42,895 bases of DNA from an uncultured Candidatus Saccharibacteria bacterium (GCA_964359755.1 CAYHUB010000001.1:105797-148691), one strand, 5' to 3'. Counted from the stretch's first letter, positions 17,446-27,648 are shown. The notes: generated from the letters alone by a model not told the origin. Translations and numbers: made by a program.

Positions 17446-18346
17446 TCATCTCCCGCAGGGCGCGCGTGCGTTCTTCTACGGGCGGATGGGTCATAAATAA
17501 CTTAGTAAGAAAACCTTTCTTCTCGCCATTCTTGAACGGGTTGGCGAAAAAGAGATGCGCGGTCGCGTGATTCGCGGTGCGAAGCTCATTGGGATCGCGC
17601 GCAATTTTTTCAAGCGCGGTTGCAAGCGCTTCAGGGTGGCGCGTAAGCATAGCACCCGATGCGTCGGCAAGAAATTCTCGACTGCGCGATACCGCAAGGC
17701 GCAACAGTGTGGCAATAAGCGGTGCGAGTATGGCAAGCACGATACCGATGACCAGGAACAACACCTGCGCGCGCCCGTCTCCCCTATCATCGCGCCGTCC
17801 TCTGCCGCCAAACATCGTAAAGCGAAGGAAGAAGTCGGAAAGCAAGGCAACAAACCCCACCAATACCACCGCAACGGTCGAGACCAGCATATCCTTGTTG
17901 CCGATATGCGAAAGCTCGTGCGCGAGTACCGCTTCAAGTTCTGTTTTATCCAGCCGCTCAAGTAGGCCCGCCGTTACCGCCACTACCGCATGCTTTTCAT
18001 CCCTGCCGGTGGCAAATGCGTTGGGTGCCGGCTCGTTGATGATATACACCTTCGGTGTCGGCAGACCCGCAGTGATCGCCAGATTTTCAACAATGCGATA
18101 CAGCTCAGGTGCGTCTTGCTTTTGCACTTCTTTTGCATGCGTCATCATAAGCACGAGCTTATCGGAATACCAATAACTCGCCACATTCGTGATAAGCGCG
18201 AACGCAACCGCAACATACAGCGCGCCCGGCGACTGCATCGCCTGCGCATATACCCATCCCACGAGAATGATGAACACCAAAAACGTGGACATGATGAGCC
18301 ACGTTTTTCTGACGTTTGATGCGCGATGCGTATAGATCGTACTCAT
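17438..18346 (-). CDS. htpX: Membrane zinc metalloprotease HtpX (peptidase M48)
   Basis: HELSHIGNKD (HExxH), TM helices, EFLADASGA and a C-terminal THPPVEER motif. Confidence 0.9.
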   Translation of the reverse strand: MSTIYTHRASNVRKTWLIMSTFLVFIILVGWVYAQAMQSPGALYVAVAFALITNVASYWYSDKLVLMMTHAKEVQKQDAPELYRIVENLAITAGLPTPKVYIINEPAPNAFATGRDEKHAVVAVTAGLLERLDKTELEAVLAHELSHIGNKDMLVSTVAVVLVGFVALLSDFFLRFTMFGGRGRRDDRGDGRAQVLFLVIGIVLAILAPLIATLLRLAVSRSREFLADASGAMLTRHPEALATALEKIARDPNELRTANHATAHLFFANPFKNGEKKGFLTKLFMTHPPVEERTRALREMNV

Positions 18347-18351
18347 ACGTG

Positions 18352-18912
18352 CTAAAACTTCACTGGTACCGGATTGCGTGCCGCCGCCTCGCTTTCGTCA
18401 AGTTCGAAAAATTCCTTCTTCGCGAATGTGAATGTGCGCGCGATAAGATTGGACGGGAACGATTCGGCGAGCGTGTTATAATCACGCACATTGCCGTTAT
18501 AGAACCGGCGGGACGCTTGGATCTTGTCTTCCGTATCCGTCAGTTCACGCTGGAGCTCAAGGAAATTCTCATTTGCGCGAAGCTGGGGGTATGCTTCCGA
18601 TATCGCAAACAGCGACTTGAGCGTACTGGAAAGCATGTTCTCCGCCTGTGCATGCTCGGCAAGCGTTGAAGCGCCCATTGCCCGAGCCCGTGCTTCCGTC
18701 ACTTTTTCAAACACCTCTTTCTCATGTCCTGCATACCCTTTCACTGTTTCTACTAAGTTCGGGATAAGGTTATACCTCCGCTTCATCTGGACTTCGATGT
18801 CTGACCACGCCTCCGCGACCCTGTTTCTTAATTTTATGAAACGATTATATATGACGATACCCCACACCAAAAGCACCCCGATGATAACGAAAAAAATACG
18901 GCTGATATCCAT
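18352..18912 (-). CDS. lemA: LemA family protein
   Basis: N-terminal TM followed by YNRFIKLRNRVAEAWSDIEVQMKRRYNLIPNLVETVKGYAGHE. The lemA-htpX pairing is common. Confidence 0.88.
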   Translation of the reverse strand: MDISRIFFVIIGVLLVWGIVIYNRFIKLRNRVAEAWSDIEVQMKRRYNLIPNLVETVKGYAGHEKEVFEKVTEARARAMGASTLAEHAQAENMLSSTLKSLFAISEAYPQLRANENFLELQRELTDTEDKIQASRRFYNGNVRDYNTLAESFPSNLIARTFTFAKKEFFELDESEAAARNPVPVKF

Positions 18913-18963
18913 GTTTATGTATTAATAATTACCGCCGTAGTATACACAAAACAGGCGCATTCG

Positions 18964-19008
18964 TAAATAAAAAGGCCTTCGCGCAAATGTTACAACGCAA
19001 AGGCCTTT
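18964..19008 (-). terminator. Rho-independent terminator after the small ORF 19022-19222
   Basis: The minus strand reads AAAGGCCTTTGCG-TTGTAACATTTG-CGCGAAGGCCTTT followed by TTATTT. Confidence 0.55.
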
Positions 19009-19021
19009 ATCTTTTTGCTTT

Positions 19022-19222
19022 TTATGCTGTTTTTGCGGAGAACAAAAACTTCACCCCTCTGATGCCGTTACTATTGGTAGTTATGCCGACGAGTTTTCCT
19101 TCAAGCGGAACTCCGTCGATGCTTTTTACCATTTCATCAAAAAAACACTCTTTATCCTCTTCATTGGCGATTATTTCAATGGATATCGCCTGTTCTCCAG
19201 GTCTGCTTATTTTTACCCTCAT
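19022..19222 (-). CDS. Hypothetical small protein (66 aa)
   Basis: Start moved to MRVKISRPGEQ, preceded by the strong RBS AAAGGGGGTGGTG. A terminator lies downstream. Confidence 0.45.
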   Translation of the reverse strand: MRVKISRPGEQAISIEIIANEEDKECFFDEMVKSIDGVPLEGKLVGITTNSNGIRGVKFLFSAKTA

Positions 19223-19365
19223 TACACCACCCCCTTTTGTTTGAATAATTGTTAAAATGCTAAAAATACCGCTAATTATCGTAATTATGCACGCAGATCC
19301 GGCTATTTTGCAAGAGCCATGCACTCTTTACAAGGAAATTGATTTTGTGTATCATACAGGTCATT

Positions 19366-19590
19366 ATGAAAAAAGATATTCATCCCCCATATCATCAGGC
19401 GACGGTAGTGTGTGCGTGCGGCAACACCTTTACGACGGGAGCCACCATGAAACAGATCGATGTGGAAATTTGCAATGCGTGCCATCCGTTTTATACCGGT
19501 AAAGAAAAACTCGTAGATGCAACCGGACGCGTTGAGAAATTCAAGCGAAAAGTCGCAAACGCAGCCCCCAAAAAACCCGCAAAAAAGTGA
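19366..19590 (+). CDS. rpmE: 50S ribosomal protein L31 (Zn-binding type A)
   Basis: [10 protein letters not shown]...VCACGNTF...[11 protein letters not shown]. The TGA stop overlaps the prfA GTG start (GTGA). Confidence 0.92.
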   Translation: MKKDIHPPYHQATVVCACGNTFTTGATMKQIDVEICNACHPFYTGKEKLVDATGRVEKFKRKVANAAPKKPAKK

Positions 19591-20639
19591 TCGACGAAAA
19601 GAAAATCGAGGCGCTCAAGGCAGAGCACCGCGACTTAGAAGAACAGCTCGCCCGTAGCGACGCTGTTTTTGATTTAAAAGGGCGCACCGTACTTGCAAAA
19701 CGATATGCGGAGATCGAGGAGATACTCACGCTCTACGCGCGCGTACAAAAAATTGCCAACGAGATACAAGGCAACGAGTCTCTTATAACTTCGGGAGACG
19801 ACACTGCGCTCGCGGAGCTCGCCCAGGAAGAACTCGTGCGCTTGCGCGCGCAAAAAGAAAAAACGGAAAAAGAGTTCGCGGAGCTTTTTTCCCCGAACAT
19901 ATACGCAAAATATAAGTGCGCTATTATTGAGATCCGCGCAGGGACCGGCGGCGACGAGGCGGCTCTTTTTGCCGGCGCACTTTATCGCATGTATATGCGT
20001 TATGCCCAGCGAAAAGGATGGGGTATTGCGCTTATTGATTCAAGCCAGACGCCTCTCGGAGGCTTTAAGGATATCGTGCTTGAAATAACCGGGAAGGGCG
20101 TATACGATGACATGCGCCGTGAAAGCGGGGTACATCGTGTTCAGCGCATACCGGACACCGAAAAACAAGGGCGTATCCACACTTCAACGATCTCTGTTGC
20201 GGTACTTCCTCAGGCGGAAGAAGCCGAAGTCACTATCAACCCGGTAGATATCAGAATGGAGACATACCGCTCCGGAGGTGCCGGCGGACAAAACGTGAAC
20301 AAGGTGGAAACCGCCGTGCGTCTTATTCATATTCCGACGGGACTTGTCGTCGCCTCGCAGGCAGAACGGTCGCAGGCACGAAATAAAGAGAAAGCGATGC
20401 AGATTTTACAGGCAAAAATAACAGAGGCGCAGAAGGAAAAAGAGCAGGGAGAGCGCGGCAAGATGCGCAAAGAACAGATCGGAACCGCCGACCGGTCAGA
20501 AAAGATACGGACTTATAATTTCCCGCAAGACAGGGTCACCGACCATCGGGCAAAGCTTAGTTGGCACAATATAGAAGGAATCATGGACGGCGATATCGCC
20601 ACCATGCTCGATGATATTAAAAAAGCAGTTGAAGAATAA
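19587..20639 (+). CDS. prfA: Peptide chain release factor 1
   Basis: GGQ motif [20 protein letters not shown]1-type PxT tripeptide region [20 protein letters not shown] start. Confidence 0.9.
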   Translation: MIDEKKIEALKAEHRDLEEQLARSDAVFDLKGRTVLAKRYAEIEEILTLYARVQKIANEIQGNESLITSGDDTALAELAQEELVRLRAQKEKTEKEFAELFSPNIYAKYKCAIIEIRAGTGGDEAALFAGALYRMYMRYAQRKGWGIALIDSSQTPLGGFKDIVLEITGKGVYDDMRRESGVHRVQRIPDTEKQGRIHTSTISVAVLPQAEEAEVTINPVDIRMETYRSGGAGGQNVNKVETAVRLIHIPTGLVVASQAERSQARNKEKAMQILQAKITEAQKEKEQGERGKMRKEQIGTADRSEKIRTYNFPQDRVTDHRAKLSWHNIEGIMDGDIATMLDDIKKAVEE

Positions 20640-20660
20640 ACCTGAACGCACGAGAGTTGT

Positions 20661-22031
20661 TTATGAAGTAGGCTCTGGTTTTACGCTGACACCGGAAAGT
20701 ATATCGATCTGACCCTGATAATGTTCCGCCCAATCCATCACATTGTTGGCATACGCCTGTCCTACTGATTTTTTATAATTGCCTCCCGCGATGTATTTTG
20801 CGGCGGCAGTGCGTTCGCCTTGATATGTGTGCCCTCCCGCACCATTACTTACTAATTTAAGTCCTGACGCGATAAATGCGTCCTCAATATTCCACGGTGA
20901 TGGCGGATTATGTCCGGTAAGCGCGGCAACTTGGTCCGCATAAGAAAGCCATGTTGACGGAATGAATTGTGCGGGCCCCATGGCGCCTCCCCATCCATAC
21001 CACGGCTTTTTAGATACCGGCATTGAATCAGGATCAAGCCCTAACGCGGTTGTAATTTTTAAAAACAATGGGCGTTCAGCTGATTTCATGTCTTTTCGCC
21101 ATGATCCTCCCCCGACATACGTGCCAAGGCGGGATTCCACCTGAAAAATGGCAAGTAGAAACGCCGGGCGAATCCCTGTTTTTTCGCCCGCAAATTGCGC
21201 TTTTTTGATCGCCTCCTCAAATGACATGGAAACACCGACGCTCTCAAGCGAAAAGATCTGCTGACGGATCATCGCGATGTCTTTCTGTGATTTTTTGATG
21301 CTTGCCGTATACAATTTTTCCTCTCCTTTTGTCTTTACCAACAACGTCGTTTTTTCTTTCTGTTTTTGCTCGAGCGATGACTTTTGCAGACCGCTTAAGC
21401 TTTTGAGACGAGTGATATCCGCTTTTTCATCTTCTAACTTTTCTCGCTCCACCTCAAGACTTCCGCGGAGATTATCGATATTTGCGATGAAATCATTAAT
21501 ATCGGCCTGAATGCTTTTTACATACCGCACCTGGCTGAAAAAATCAGAGAGGCTCTCTCCGGAAAATAAAACGCTCACCCAGTTCACGCTGTCGTATTCC
21601 TGCAGTTGTCGGACCGAAAGCTGCAACAGCACTCGCTTCTCTTTCAAACGGCTCTCGAGCGAAGTGATCTCTTTTTGTTTTTCGCTTAAGTCCACTTCCA
21701 CCTCCCGCAAGCTGAGCTCGATCTCCTTTAACTGCAGTTTCTGTTTTTGCGCGGCGGCATCCAAGATCACGATCTCATTTTTTAACGATTTCTGCGCCTG
21801 TTGCGCCTCCTCAATGTTCTGCTGATAACTGCTGATCTGCTCTTGAACTTCCTTCAACTGACTCTGCAGCAGCGTTTTCTCGCTCTCCGGCGTATTCAAC
21901 TGTGCAAAGAGAGGTGTTGATATTCCGCACAGAACCATACCGAAAATGCACAAAAGCCCCGCGCATATCTGCGCTCGCGGGGCTTTTGTGATCATCGTAG
22001 CTCTATTTGTAATTTGCGCCGAAGGAAACAT
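20661..22031 (-). CDS. Secreted coiled-coil protein with a C-terminal lytic murein transglycosylase (SLT/MltB-like) domain
   Basis: Hydrophobic N-terminus (alternative start at 21995, MITKAPRAQICAGLLCIFGMVLC). About 230 aa of heptad-rich coiled coil. C-terminus has FLLAIFQVESRLG (catalytic Glu) and GAMGPAQFIPSTW. Confidence 0.75.
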   Translation of the reverse strand: MFPSAQITNRATMITKAPRAQICAGLLCIFGMVLCGISTPLFAQLNTPESEKTLLQSQLKEVQEQISSYQQNIEEAQQAQKSLKNEIVILDAAAQKQKLQLKEIELSLREVEVDLSEKQKEITSLESRLKEKRVLLQLSVRQLQEYDSVNWVSVLFSGESLSDFFSQVRYVKSIQADINDFIANIDNLRGSLEVEREKLEDEKADITRLKSLSGLQKSSLEQKQKEKTTLLVKTKGEEKLYTASIKKSQKDIAMIRQQIFSLESVGVSMSFEEAIKKAQFAGEKTGIRPAFLLAIFQVESRLGTYVGGGSWRKDMKSAERPLFLKITTALGLDPDSMPVSKKPWYGWGGAMGPAQFIPSTWLSYADQVAALTGHNPPSPWNIEDAFIASGLKLVSNGAGGHTYQGERTAAAKYIAGGNYKKSVGQAYANNVMDWAEHYQGQIDILSGVSVKPEPTS

Positions 22032-22052
22032 AAGAGGTTTCCTATAGGTAAG

Positions 22053-22730
22053 TTATTTTTCTCCTTCCTTCTCGGTGATTTTCTCCGCGTCGCGCTCCTT
22101 CTTCTTTTCTTCCGTTTCCACCTTCACCTCGTCCACCTTCACCTCGGCAACTTTTTCAAGCGACTCAAGTTCCTCGGTGGTGCGCGGTGGCATTACCTTT
22201 GCGATAACTTCTTTCGCATCGGCAAAGACCTTCACTCCTTCGGAAATAGCCAGATCGGCAATAGTCACCGTATCGCTGAAGGTAATAAGTTTTGAAATAT
22301 CAACGACAATTTCATGCGGAAGATCCTTTGGCAGTGCCTCGATCTCTATCTTATAGATATTTTTTACCAAAACGCCTCCGTCCGATTTTACGGCGGGAGA
22401 TTCCCCTTCAAACACAAGCGGAATGTGCGTCTTGATCTTCTCGCCCTTCTTCACCTCGTAAAAATCAACATGGATGATTTGGCCTCTCACCGGATCAACC
22501 GCAACATCATGAATGAGAACATTTCTATCCGCGCCCTCCCCTTCGATCTGAAGATCAAGGACGGTGGTTTCCCCCGCCTTTCGATATATGCTGGTAAAAG
22601 ACTTGCTATCAACAGTAAGATTCGCGTTTTTTACTTTATGCCCGTAAATCACCGCGGGAACGCCGCCCGCCTTTCGAATGCGACCGACATTATCCTTATC
22701 ATTTCTTGGTTGTGCTTTTATTTTTGTCAT
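22053..22730 (-). CDS. rplY: 50S ribosomal protein L25/Ctc with a charged C-terminal tail
   Basis: RKAGGVPAVIYGHK and IHDVAVDPVRGQIIHVDFYEV. The tail is KVDEVKVETEEKKKERDAEK. Confidence 0.88.
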   Translation of the reverse strand: MTKIKAQPRNDKDNVGRIRKAGGVPAVIYGHKVKNANLTVDSKSFTSIYRKAGETTVLDLQIEGEGADRNVLIHDVAVDPVRGQIIHVDFYEVKKGEKIKTHIPLVFEGESPAVKSDGGVLVKNIYKIEIEALPKDLPHEIVVDISKLITFSDTVTIADLAISEGVKVFADAKEVIAKVMPPRTTEELESLEKVAEVKVDEVKVETEEKKKERDAEKITEKEGEK

Positions 22731-22759
22731 ATATTTTCTACAAATCCCTACGGTGTATC

Positions 22760-22788
22760 ATCGTACCATAGGCGCAAAAGTAAATCAA
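22760..22788 (-). promoter_or_regulatory. Candidate sigma70-type promoter for rplY
   Basis: The minus strand reads TTGATT-17 nt-TACGAT, about 30 nt upstream of the L25 ATG. Confidence 0.3.
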
Positions 22789-22830
22789 CCCCGTTGCACA
22801 GCCGGTTTTGACTTTATAGGCTGTGGCGCG

Positions 22831-23802
22831 CTATGCGATCTGGTTTGGGGGAGTTCTTCCTTCTAACGCTTCAATAATGTTTTGCGCGGCAAGATCCCCC
22901 ATTTTTGAGCGCGTTTCCTCCGTTGCGGAAGCGGTATGAGGAGTAAGAATGACATTATCCAACTCGGCAAGCCCCGGCGTCAGTTCCGGCTCTTTTTCAT
23001 ACACATCAAGCGCCGCTCCCTTGATCAATCCTTCACGCAACGCAACGACAAGCGCTTGCTCGTCCACGATAGGCCCGCGCGAAGTATTCACGAGATACGC
23101 TGTTTTTTTCATCATTTTTAATTGCGGCTCGCTGATAAGGTGTCTCGTGGCCGGCAACAACGGCACATGGATAGATATAAAATCGGATTCTTTCAAAAGT
23201 GTTTCCAGATCGGCAAATGTCGCGCCATATTCCTTTTCAAAGTCGGCATTCGGCTTCGGATCATAGTACATAACCTTCATACCAAATCCTTTCACCGCAT
23301 GGTGCGCAACGAGCGAACCGATCCGCCCAAGCCCCACCACACCGAGCGTTTTACCGGCAAGATCAGTGCCCAAAAGCAACATCGGAGCCCACCCTTTGTA
23401 TTTCCCCGCCTTCGTGTAAGCATCGCCTTCCGCGATACGATGCGCGATCGCGAGCATAAGCGCAAACGTGTGCTCTGCGACGGTTTCCGTCAGCACGCCC
23501 GGGGTATTGGTAACAATCATGGCATGGCGCCTCATCGCTTCGAGATCAATATTATCAAAACCGACAGCATAATTGGCAAAGACCTTGCACTGGGGTCCCG
23601 CCGCCGCAAACACATCTTCATCGATCTTATCGGTAAGCAGGCATAATACCGCGTCATATGCGCCTTCCTTGAGACGCGTAATAAGCTCGTCCTTCGCAAG
23701 GACGCCGTCTTTTTCGCTCACGTCGACCGCATACCCTTTGCTCTTCAACAATTCGATCCCTCGTTCGGGGATCCTCCTGGTAACAAAAATTTTCTTTTCC
23801 AT
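22831..23802 (-). CDS. D-isomer-specific 2-hydroxyacid dehydrogenase (glyoxylate/hydroxypyruvate reductase-like)
   Basis: Start set at ATG 23802 (MEKKIFVTRRIP). GVVGLGRIG NAD motif, then SIHVPL...T.HLI, VNTSRG and LDV...EP. A TGCTATACT element ends 6 nt before the ATG, so the transcript may be leaderless. Confidence 0.85.
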   Translation of the reverse strand: MEKKIFVTRRIPERGIELLKSKGYAVDVSEKDGVLAKDELITRLKEGAYDAVLCLLTDKIDEDVFAAAGPQCKVFANYAVGFDNIDLEAMRRHAMIVTNTPGVLTETVAEHTFALMLAIAHRIAEGDAYTKAGKYKGWAPMLLLGTDLAGKTLGVVGLGRIGSLVAHHAVKGFGMKVMYYDPKPNADFEKEYGATFADLETLLKESDFISIHVPLLPATRHLISEPQLKMMKKTAYLVNTSRGPIVDEQALVVALREGLIKGAALDVYEKEPELTPGLAELDNVILTPHTASATEETRSKMGDLAAQNIIEALEGRTPPNQIA

Positions 23803-23842
23803 GTGCGCAGTATAGCACACTACAAATCATCCACACAATACA

Positions 23843-23870
23843 TTGACAAAAAATATTTATATGATATGAA
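23843..23870 (+). promoter_or_regulatory. Candidate promoter for the NhaD-type transporter gene
   Basis: TTGACA-16 nt-TATGAA with a TG one base upstream of the -10. It is followed by the AGGAGGGAG RBS and ATG 23917. Confidence 0.4.
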
Positions 23871-23916
23871 ACACCGTACATTGCTGTTTAAAAACTTAAT
23901 AAAAAAGGAGGGAGTC

Positions 23917-25189
23917 ATGGAACTGTCATTTCTTGTAGGGTGTGTGTTTGCTGTCGGGTACATCATTATCGCGTTTGAACACCAGCTTGATCTGCACAAA
24001 TCGCTCAGCGCGGCGGCGCTTGGCGGGGCCACATGGCTCTTGATCGCGCTTTTTGGCGACCATGAAGCGATAGACCATAGCATCAAAGAAGGGGGCGCGG
24101 AAATCTTCGGGCTTATTCTTTTTTTAATTATGGCTATGACGCTTATTGCGATATTAGTTCATTACCGATTTTTTGACCTGGTAAGGGCTAAGCTTCTCAC
24201 GCTCAAGCTCGGCGATCGGGCACAATTTTGGATCATCGGCGCGCTTGCCTTCTTTCTCGCCGCGATCATTGATACTCTCGCTACCGCGATCGTCATGATT
24301 GAGATCTCCCGTCGTTTTTTCAGCGGGAAAAACCTCGTGGTTGCCGCCGCGATGATCGTTATTGCGGCAAATGCCGGCGGTGCATGGTCTCCTATTGGCA
24401 ACGTAACCACAATTATGCTGTGGATTGCGGAAAAATTTACTGTATGGGATGTCATAACGCAGGGATTTCTTCCGTCGCTCGCGCTTTTTGTGACAGCTAT
24501 GACGATGATGTCGCGCACTGTCACCATGGACACCACAGACATAAAGGAAGAGGAGGTCGTGATCTCACGATCGGAATACGCAGTGATTTGTACCGCGCTC
24601 GCATCGTTTTTGATGCCTATTGCATTCAGTCAAATAGGGCTTCAACCGTATTTCGGCCTCCTCTTCGGACTTGGTGTCGTTGGAATTGTGATCTCCGCGT
24701 GCAAACTATGGGGAAACGGCGAGATAACAACGCACCTCACCACAGACATCGAAGCGACTATGCGGAAAGTTGATCTTGCCAGTATTGTTTTTTTTTGCCG
24801 GCATTCTTCTTTCTGTCGGGGCGTTACGGCACCTCGGGATACTGAGCCTCGTTTCACAAGAACTGTTTGGCGAAGCGCCGACTGTTCTCCAGCTTGTACT
24901 GGGGAATACAACGCTTGGCGTGCTTTCAGCGTTCGTTGATAACATACCGCTCACCGCGGCCGCCATTGATATTCTTGTCACCGATGATCCGCAGCTCTGG
25001 GTGCTTCTTTCGCTCACCGTCGGAACCGGCGGTTCCATGCTCGTCATAGGATTAGCCGCAGGCGTGATTGCAATGGGCAGCGTCAAAGAGCTCACCTTCC
25101 TCAACTACATGCGTATCGCAACAGTTCCCGCCGCCACGGGATACATTATTGCGATTGCGGTGTGGTCAGCACAGTACATGCTCCTTTAG
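23917..25189 (+). pseudogene. NhaD/ArsB-superfamily ion transporter (Na+/H+ antiporter NhaD-like), interrupted by a +1 frameshift
   Basis: Two overlapping ORFs (23917-24939 and 24770-25189) together form one polytopic permease. The frame switches around the T9 run at 24788-24796. Removing one T gives ...MRKVDLASIVFFAGILLSVGALRHLG.... Confidence 0.75.
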
Positions 25190-25204
25190 TATATCAGCCT
25201 TTCA

Positions 25205-25243
25205 TAGGGGGCGTCGGCACAAGCCGCCGCCCCCTATTTTATT
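25205..25243 (+). terminator. Rho-independent terminator after the transporter gene
   Basis: TAGGGGGCGTCGGC-ACAA-GCCGCCGCCCCCTA (one mismatch) followed by TTTTATT. Confidence 0.7.
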
Positions 25244-25270
25244 CCGCGTGCAGTATGCTATGATTGTGCT

Positions 25271-26647
25271 ATGACATTGGCAAAACGGCGATTTTATTTT
25301 TTCCTTTTTTTCTTATTATTCCTTATCGCCTCGCCGGTGATAATCTTATACTCGCAGGGGTACGCGCTTAACCTTACAACATTCTCTCTTGTGAAAACAG
25401 GAGGAGTTTTTGTTTCCACAACGCCCAAAGGAGTGATAATACGCATAAACGATAAGCTCGCCGCCACAACAAGCTCCTTACCGCTCACACAAGGAAAATT
25501 GATTGCTCGGCTCCTCCCGGGCGATTACGCAGTAACCATAGAAAAGAGCGGGTATTTCCCATGGGATAAAAAGCTGAACGTGGAGCCGCAGCTCGTCACG
25601 GAAGCGCGCAATATCTTTCTTGTCCCGCAGGAACGCAAAGTGCAAACCATAGAAACCGAGGTCAGCGACATGATCATGTCCGACTCAAATGCGGCGATCG
25701 CATACATAAAGGAAAACGGTATAGCGATCTTAGACGTCGCATCGCCAAAGATAATTCCGCTTGCGGCGCAAGAAGATGAGCGGATCGGAAAAGTGCGCTT
25801 CGGAGCAGATGAGAATTATCTTGTTGTTGAAAGCCTTCAAAAAAATAAAAGCAGAAAATATCTTTTTAATATCGCGTCGAGGGAGCGAACCGAGATCATA
25901 GAGGATGAGGTCGAGCGATACGTTAAAATACGCCAATACAGCAAAGGGGAACCGAAAATAATTGCGCTTTCAACCACGAACACGCTCTATGCGATCGACC
26001 TTCGTGTGCCTCACGAAAAAGCAATTATTGCGGACAATATCGTCAACTTTGAAATGTTTGGAAATAAAGCGGTATACGCAACCACGGCTCCCACGATCCT
26101 GTATGAAAAAGACCTTCTCTCCGGTAAAACGAACCAGATCATCGAGACACCTCTGGACTATTTCGACACCGGCTCTCATATCATCCGCTCTGCAGCCGGA
26201 CACATTGCAATAATCGACTCGGGTAATGCGCTCTATCTCTACGACGGCAACCAGCTTGCGTTCAAGCATATCGCCGATAACGTCATCGCGACGGCATTTT
26301 CAGACGACAATAAAAAACTCGCGTGGCATAATAAAAATGAGATCTATGTGTATTATCTGAAGGACATACTTATTCAGCCAAAAAAGAATGCCGAAGATAC
26401 CGAGCTTATTACGCGCCTCTCGCGCCCCATTGCCGGGATCGCCTGGTTCTCGTACGACAACGAGCACATCTTTTTCACCGCGGAAAAAAAGATACGGGTC
26501 ATCGAACTTGATGGACGGGATCATCGCAATATGTACGATATCGCCGACGCCGCACAGGCGCTCAGGATGTCATACAGCAGTTATGACGATTACCTCTATT
26601 TTCTCGACGGCACCACTCTAAAAAAGGTATCTCTGTTTAAATTATAA
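25271..26647 (+). CDS. Membrane-anchored PEGA-domain protein with a beta-propeller-like C-terminal region
   Basis: N-terminal TM (FYFFLFFLLFLIASPVIILY). PEGA-like block VSTTPKGVIIRINDK...LPGDYAVTIEKSGYFPWDKKLNV. Repetitive beta-rich remainder. Confidence 0.7.
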   Translation: MTLAKRRFYFFLFFLLFLIASPVIILYSQGYALNLTTFSLVKTGGVFVSTTPKGVIIRINDKLAATTSSLPLTQGKLIARLLPGDYAVTIEKSGYFPWDKKLNVEPQLVTEARNIFLVPQERKVQTIETEVSDMIMSDSNAAIAYIKENGIAILDVASPKIIPLAAQEDERIGKVRFGADENYLVVESLQKNKSRKYLFNIASRERTEIIEDEVERYVKIRQYSKGEPKIIALSTTNTLYAIDLRVPHEKAIIADNIVNFEMFGNKAVYATTAPTILYEKDLLSGKTNQIIETPLDYFDTGSHIIRSAAGHIAIIDSGNALYLYDGNQLAFKHIADNVIATAFSDDNKKLAWHNKNEIYVYYLKDILIQPKKNAEDTELITRLSRPIAGIAWFSYDNEHIFFTAEKKIRVIELDGRDHRNMYDIADAAQALRMSYSSYDDYLYFLDGTTLKKVSLFKL

Positions 26648-26671
26648 GAATTGCCACGAATCGTCTACAAT

Positions 26672-26708
26672 AAAAACAACACCGCGTAAACGGTGTTGTT
26701 TTATTTTG
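26672..26708. terminator. Bidirectional terminator between convergent genes
   Basis: AAAACAACACCG-CGTAAA-CGGTGTTGTTTT is flanked by A-rich and T-rich tracts on both strands. Confidence 0.7.
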
Positions 26709-26715
26709 GAAACTA

Positions 26716-27270
26716 TTAGCGCTTACTCCATCGTGGTCCTTTGCGCGCTTTCTTGAGGCCGAATTTTCGTCGTTCCTTTCGGCGCGGATCGCGCTTGAGA
26801 TATCCCGATCTCTTTAATCGTTTTTGAAAATCAGCATTAAATGCAACAAGAGCGCGCGCAATACCATGACGCACCGCTTCTGCCTGTCCATGTATGCCTC
26901 CGCCGTTCGTTATTGCACTCACCATGAACCGTTCTGCAATCTTCATTTTGCGCAAGGGGCCATCCACGATCCTTTGGAGGTCGGCGTGCGGGAAATAGAT
27001 CTTATAATCTTTCGTATTCACAGTCATGCCGCTCCCGCGCGTAAAGATGCGTACGCGCGCAGTCGCTGTTTTTCTCCGGCCCACCGCTTCATAATATCTC
27101 CCCGGCTTCGCGTCTTTCTCCTCCATCAATTTCGCAATGTCAAGATCCGCAACAATTTCTTCCGCGGTCTTTTCCGCGGTCGGTTCCGTTACAGGAGCGA
27201 TTGTTATTTCTTCTTCCTTCTTTTCTTTTGGAATGCGTTTTACCGCTGGTTTTGTTGCTGGAGCGCTCAT
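26716..27270 (-). CDS. rpsI: 30S ribosomal protein S9 with an ~57-aa charged N-terminal extension
   Basis: The core YYEAVGRRKTATARVRI...GGGIHGQAEAVRHGIARAL...RDPRRKERRKFGLKKARKGPRWSKR begins near residue 58. Confidence 0.92.
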   Translation of the reverse strand: MSAPATKPAVKRIPKEKKEEEITIAPVTEPTAEKTAEEIVADLDIAKLMEEKDAKPGRYYEAVGRRKTATARVRIFTRGSGMTVNTKDYKIYFPHADLQRIVDGPLRKMKIAERFMVSAITNGGGIHGQAEAVRHGIARALVAFNADFQKRLKRSGYLKRDPRRKERRKFGLKKARKGPRWSKR

Positions 27271-27276
27271 ATTCTT

Positions 27277-27645
27277 TTATTTTAGTTGCCCACGATACAT
27301 GGTAAGCCTCTTGATCATAGGAGCTCGTAATTTATTCTTAGGAAGCATTCCGTATACCGCAAGACGGAAAGCCTCGCCTGGGTTTTTATCCATCATTTTT
27401 CCAAGCACTTTTCTTTTAAGTCCTCCCGGATGGCCTGTGTGATAAAAATATTCTTTCTGCGCTTTTTTTGTTCCTGTTATTTTGATTGCATCAAGGTTAC
27501 ATACGATAACGGCATCGCCCGCATCAATATGCCGTTCGAATGTCGCCTTATTCTTACCCCGCAACAACACCGCCACTGCAGACGCAAGCCTGCCGAGCGA
27601 TTTTCCTGACGCATCAATTGTATGTGTTTTCCGTTCCATATGCAT
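27277..27645 (-). CDS. rplM: 50S ribosomal protein L13 (short form)
   Basis: IDASGKSLGRLASAVAVLLRGKNK...HTGHPGGLK...MLPKNKL. Confidence 0.9.
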   Translation of the reverse strand: MHMERKTHTIDASGKSLGRLASAVAVLLRGKNKATFERHIDAGDAVIVCNLDAIKITGTKKAQKEYFYHTGHPGGLKRKVLGKMMDKNPGEAFRLAVYGMLPKNKLRAPMIKRLTMYRGQLK

Positions 27646-27648
27646 GTT

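Noticed and set aside
19326-19354. TTTACA-17-TATCAT promoter upstream of rpmE
   Set aside because: The sequence match is good, but the -10 ends only 11 nt before the ATG. The predicted transcript would therefore lack the AGGT ribosome-binding site. It was not reported as a feature.
24770-25189. Independent 139-aa membrane protein gene
   Set aside because: It has no RBS, and its N-terminus continues the transporter sequence of the upstream ORF after a 1-nt shift. It is treated as the 3' part of one frameshifted gene.
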